Assembly (NCBI GenBank): GCA_002269645.1
Contig: NIVC01000093.1
Coordinates: 496,001 to 560,000 of the forward strand
Reading direction: 5' to 3'
Length of the DNA: 64,000 nt
From: Macrostomum lignano
Taxonomy: Eukaryota
Positions 60,362-64,000 of the stretch are shown in pieces; within the stretch, counting starts at the first letter, position 1, and each line of letters starts with the position of its first letter. A program made the position numbers and the translations under genes. The notes under the pieces were generated by a model that did not search any database, was not told where the DNA came from, and worked only from the letters and a program-made list of their open reading frames with translations.

Positions 60362-61859
60362 CATAGCAACTGTTTCCAATCCAAAAAACTACTTAAAAAT
60401 GAATTGTCATCATTTGTGCAAAAACAAACAGATCAAGCTATCCAAATAACCAATTTCCCAGTCATTGTGCTACATAAAACTCAAGCTACCCACTAGTCAC
60501 TTTCAGATTCAAAGGTCAAGGTTGTTGGCTAACTTCCCAAAAAAATTAAGAAGCATAGAAAAATAGGAATTTATATAGTTTGTCCTTTGTAGTTATACTG
60601 CTTAAAGGTAGCTCAAACTTGGAACTTCAAAATTCAATTCAAAACATCTTCATTTCTGTAAAATTGTAGCATTGAAAATCTTATATAAACAGAAATTAGA
60701 GAACACTGGCAAAACTAGGAAACAAGGGGTAAGCTGATGACCTTTTCTACCTAAGGAAACTATGGGGTTAAGACACCAAAATTTAAATTAACAAGTTTAA
60801 CTAGTTAGCATTTCAAAGCTATAAATGAAAATTAGGTTACTTTTGAAACACTTTTATTCCTACTTTAAGTAGTCATTAAAGCATAGTAAAAAATATTAAC
60901 AATAGATATATACATAAACATAATATACATACAATACTTCTTATTCTTACATACTAATTATACTCTACTAAACAAAATTTTAACTTGATATAATGAATGA
61001 TTTATATTAGTATTTTTAAAAAGAAATATAAAAATGTATATTTGTTAATTGTATTAAAAATATAATTATACAAGCAAATTTAATAACCATAATCTCTGTA
61101 GATTTTAAACATTGACATTAGAAGTCGGACAAGATCCCAATCCCAAAATCTTGGTATCCCAACCCTAAAAAACACAAGAATTGGGAACAGGTCTTTTGAT
61201 TAAAAGTTTATAGAATTAATGATTACTTAAATGTATTTTGTTTAACTTGTATTCATTAGGCCTACATCATTACTTTGTTTGTTATAAAACTTTGTATCAA
61301 TTTTGTTGTGTTTTACTTTTGATCTTCACATTTTTGCTCAATTTAGTTTAACTTTATATGGACCTACAAACTACAATATACTAAAAGACCTGATATAGAT
61401 TCCCAAATCCCAATCCTGATCTGATCCCAAGAAAAAATATTCCTAATCCCACTCAAAGATTTCAATCCCATCTGACTTCTAATTGATATTGTTATTTTAA
61501 CAAAGCTCAAACTACTATGGCTTGTTTAATTTAAACAAAAAATATATGGTTTAAGCTCAAATAATAATTTTTTCTCATCTTATATGCATCAAAAATAATC
61601 AAATATTTATAGCTCTTGACTTTAATTTTATACATTAAATCTATATATTTGGTGGTTGATTGAAATGGCCTAAAGTTATTGCTGAAGTGACTATCATTGA
61701 TATGTCTTGTTGGTTATTAATCTGACTAGGCCCTAATAATAGCCCTATAAAGATAAGCATGGCCAAAATAGCCCCCCCCCCTAATATACAAAGAAGTTTG
61801 ATAGGCTTAAGCCTAATTAAATGTATTATAATATAATGTTTAGCAATGCTAATGCTAGG

Positions 61860-62546
61860 CCATAGTCAGGAAGGTAGCAAGTGCACGCGGGAATCAATTT
61901 ATGGAAAAATCCTTGGTGCATGCCAATGTACGCCAGTTTTTTAAAACCCTTAACATGACGTTTCTGTTGCACGCCAAAAATCTTGAATACCAAAAATAAT
62001 GTACGCCTCATGTATGTGTGATTTGAATATTAACCGTATTAGATACTATTTTTAAATAAATTTTCTACTTACGTTAAACAAAGTTTATATAAAAAAAGGA
62101 AATTCGCTACAAAGAACATAGTGAGTATCAAAAACTTTTTCTTCAAATTTCAAGAAACAAATAAACTAAAAGTCTACAAGAGTCACAAAATAAGAGCATT
62201 TAAAAGTTATTGGATATTTTAATTTTAATGTAGGCTGTAGAGTGTGCCTGGCTGTAGGCTAGGCTGTAGCCTCAACTAGTTGGTTTAATCAATATTCAAA
62301 TTCAATTGTTCACGCTCAACTTTATATATTGTATATATACAGTGTATACATCTATATCTGACTTGTTGATATACTGTCAGTTTGTAATTGCACGCCAAGG
62401 TTACACGCCAAGTAAAAAACTTGTACGCTGAAAATTTAGGCGTGGCTTGAGACCCCTATTTGCATGCCAACTTTGCATGCCTAAATTTTAGCGTGGCTTG
62501 TGCACGCGGGAAAATTCCCACGTGCAGGCCACCTTCCTGAGTATGG
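61860..62546. mobile_element. MITE (687 bp) with about 30-bp imperfect TIRs and 8-bp TSD
   Basis: Left ccatagtcaggaaggtagcaagtgcacgcggga, right tcccacgtgcaggccaccttcctgagtatgg. TSD atgctagg at 61852-61859 and 62547-62554. Many internal g(c/t)acgcc / gcatgcc motifs. Confidence 0.82.
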
Positions 62547-63264
62547 ATGCTAGGCATAATCCAAAAGCCAAAAGGTATTGCTAATATTATGCTATCACTG
62601 TATACTATTAAATACTATTAAATTTTTTTAAATGCAAACAAACAAAACTTCTTGAAAAGTATATAAGGTGGCTTTGGCCCTATTTAGGATTTTTTATAGA
62701 AAGTAATGATAAATGAGTATGGGCAATGGATAAATAATTAGCAGTCCGGCAGTCCCAGTGTGTGACAATGATTGTCTGGCAAGCCCCAAGAGCCAGTAAC
62801 TTTTTTTGGTCAATAAAGGTTAAACAAGTAATTATATCAACTTAGGTCAAAAAATATTTTCTTTCTTAAAGTAAGTTTTTAGAATCTTTTAAACATAGCC
62901 TAGTTAGTAGTCTGCACAGTATACTTTATAATATAATTAGTCCAAAATTATTAATTATTATCACACAAGCTGTTGAAACCCGCGGATTTTGAACCCGGGG
63001 AATTCCAATACCCGGAACTACTTTTACACGTATTCTGAAATCTAAGGCCATACACAAACAAAAACTTGTTAATAGTTAGTAGGATAGAGGTAGACATAAA
63101 ATGGAGCACATTCGTGTAAAATTAAGGTTTGAGGCAAACGTTGATATTGTTGGCTGGGGTACTGCGCAGAATGTCAGGCAATGTCTATCTGACTCTAAAA
63201 CATGTATTGGCAAACTCTGGCCAATGTGTACTCTCCCTATGTCCCTTGGATCCTTTAAAATTTC

Positions 63265-63719
63265 TATCGTCTCTTCTGTTTCCTTTCTTCTCTCTTGTCC
63301 CTCGTCTCTCCTCTCTCTTCTCTCCTCTCTTCTCTCATATCTTCCCTCATCTCTTCCCTATTCTTTTCTCTCTCCTCTCCTCTCTCCTTTCTACTTTTTG
63401 TTTTCTCTCTGCTCTCCTCTCTCCTCTCTCCCATCTTCTTTCGTATCCTCCCTCATCTTTCTTCTCTTTCATATCTCTTATCTCATCTCAATTCCCTCTT
63501 CTTTTCTCTCTCCTCTCCTCCCTCCTCTCTACTTTTTCGTTTTCGTTTCTCGTTGACCCTCCTCTCCTCTCTCCTCTCTCCCCCTCTTCTCTCTTGTCTC
63601 TTCCTTCTCCTCTCTATTCTTTTCTCTCATCTCTTAACTCTCTCCTCTACTCTCTCATCTCTCCTTTCTATTCTTTTATCTTTTCTCTCTTATCTCTTCT
63701 CGTTTCTCTCTGCTCTGCG

Positions 63720-63750
<31 letters not shown>

Positions 63751-64000
63751 CCTCTCTCTCTCTCTGATCTCTCCTCTCCCATCTCTCTTCTCCTCTCTAC
63801 TCTCTCCCCTCTTCATTCTCCTATTTCCTCTTCTCTCTCCCTGTCTCTCCTCTCTCCTCTAGTCTCTGTAATCTCTTCTCTCTTCTCTCTCCTCTGTTCT
63901 CTCTACTCTCCCATCTCTCGTCTGTTCACCCTCATCTCTGCTCTCTCATCTGTCATCTTTACTCTCTTATACGTTCTCTCACTTATCTCCTCTGTACTCC
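63265..64000. repeat. CT-rich low-complexity tract
   Basis: Degenerate (ctctc/ctcct)n to the window end. Confidence 0.9.

Noticed and set aside
63101-63767. Leu/Ser/Phe-rich membrane-protein ORFs
   Set aside because: They are a compositional artefact of the CT-rich low-complexity tract.

Overview
This is eukaryotic, intron-containing animal DNA, not prokaryotic. GC-rich, poly-Ala/Gln/His exons, AT-rich spacers and many 14-85 bp minisatellites resemble a free-living flatworm such as Macrostomum; that assignment is inference. The left 24 kb is dominated by transposons. An 8-bp-TSD DNA element (480-4194) carries an RTE-type LINE, which itself carries a 246-bp TG..CA solo-LTR-like insert and a candidate HDV-like ribozyme at its 5' end. 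Two full-length but disabled APE-RT-RNaseH LINEs of R1/LOA type (about 4378-10249 and 18291-24105) have strongly diverged ORFs yet share a nearly identical ~380-nt structured 5' leader and a covarying 3' RNA structure. Four host genes can be assembled with phase-consistent GT-AG introns, all on the minus strand: a 2-exon 7TM GPCR, an HR96/NR1J-like nuclear receptor with an unusually long D-box, a 6-exon membrane-anchored single-C2H2/Cys-rich protein, and a divergent 7-exon Nuclear Factor I (NFI) gene. Many introns are filled by a minisatellite array. Two more MITEs, a tRNA-derived SINE and an inverted copy of an NFI exon were also found. Most long ORFs over the repeats are translation artefacts, and there is no CRISPR array.
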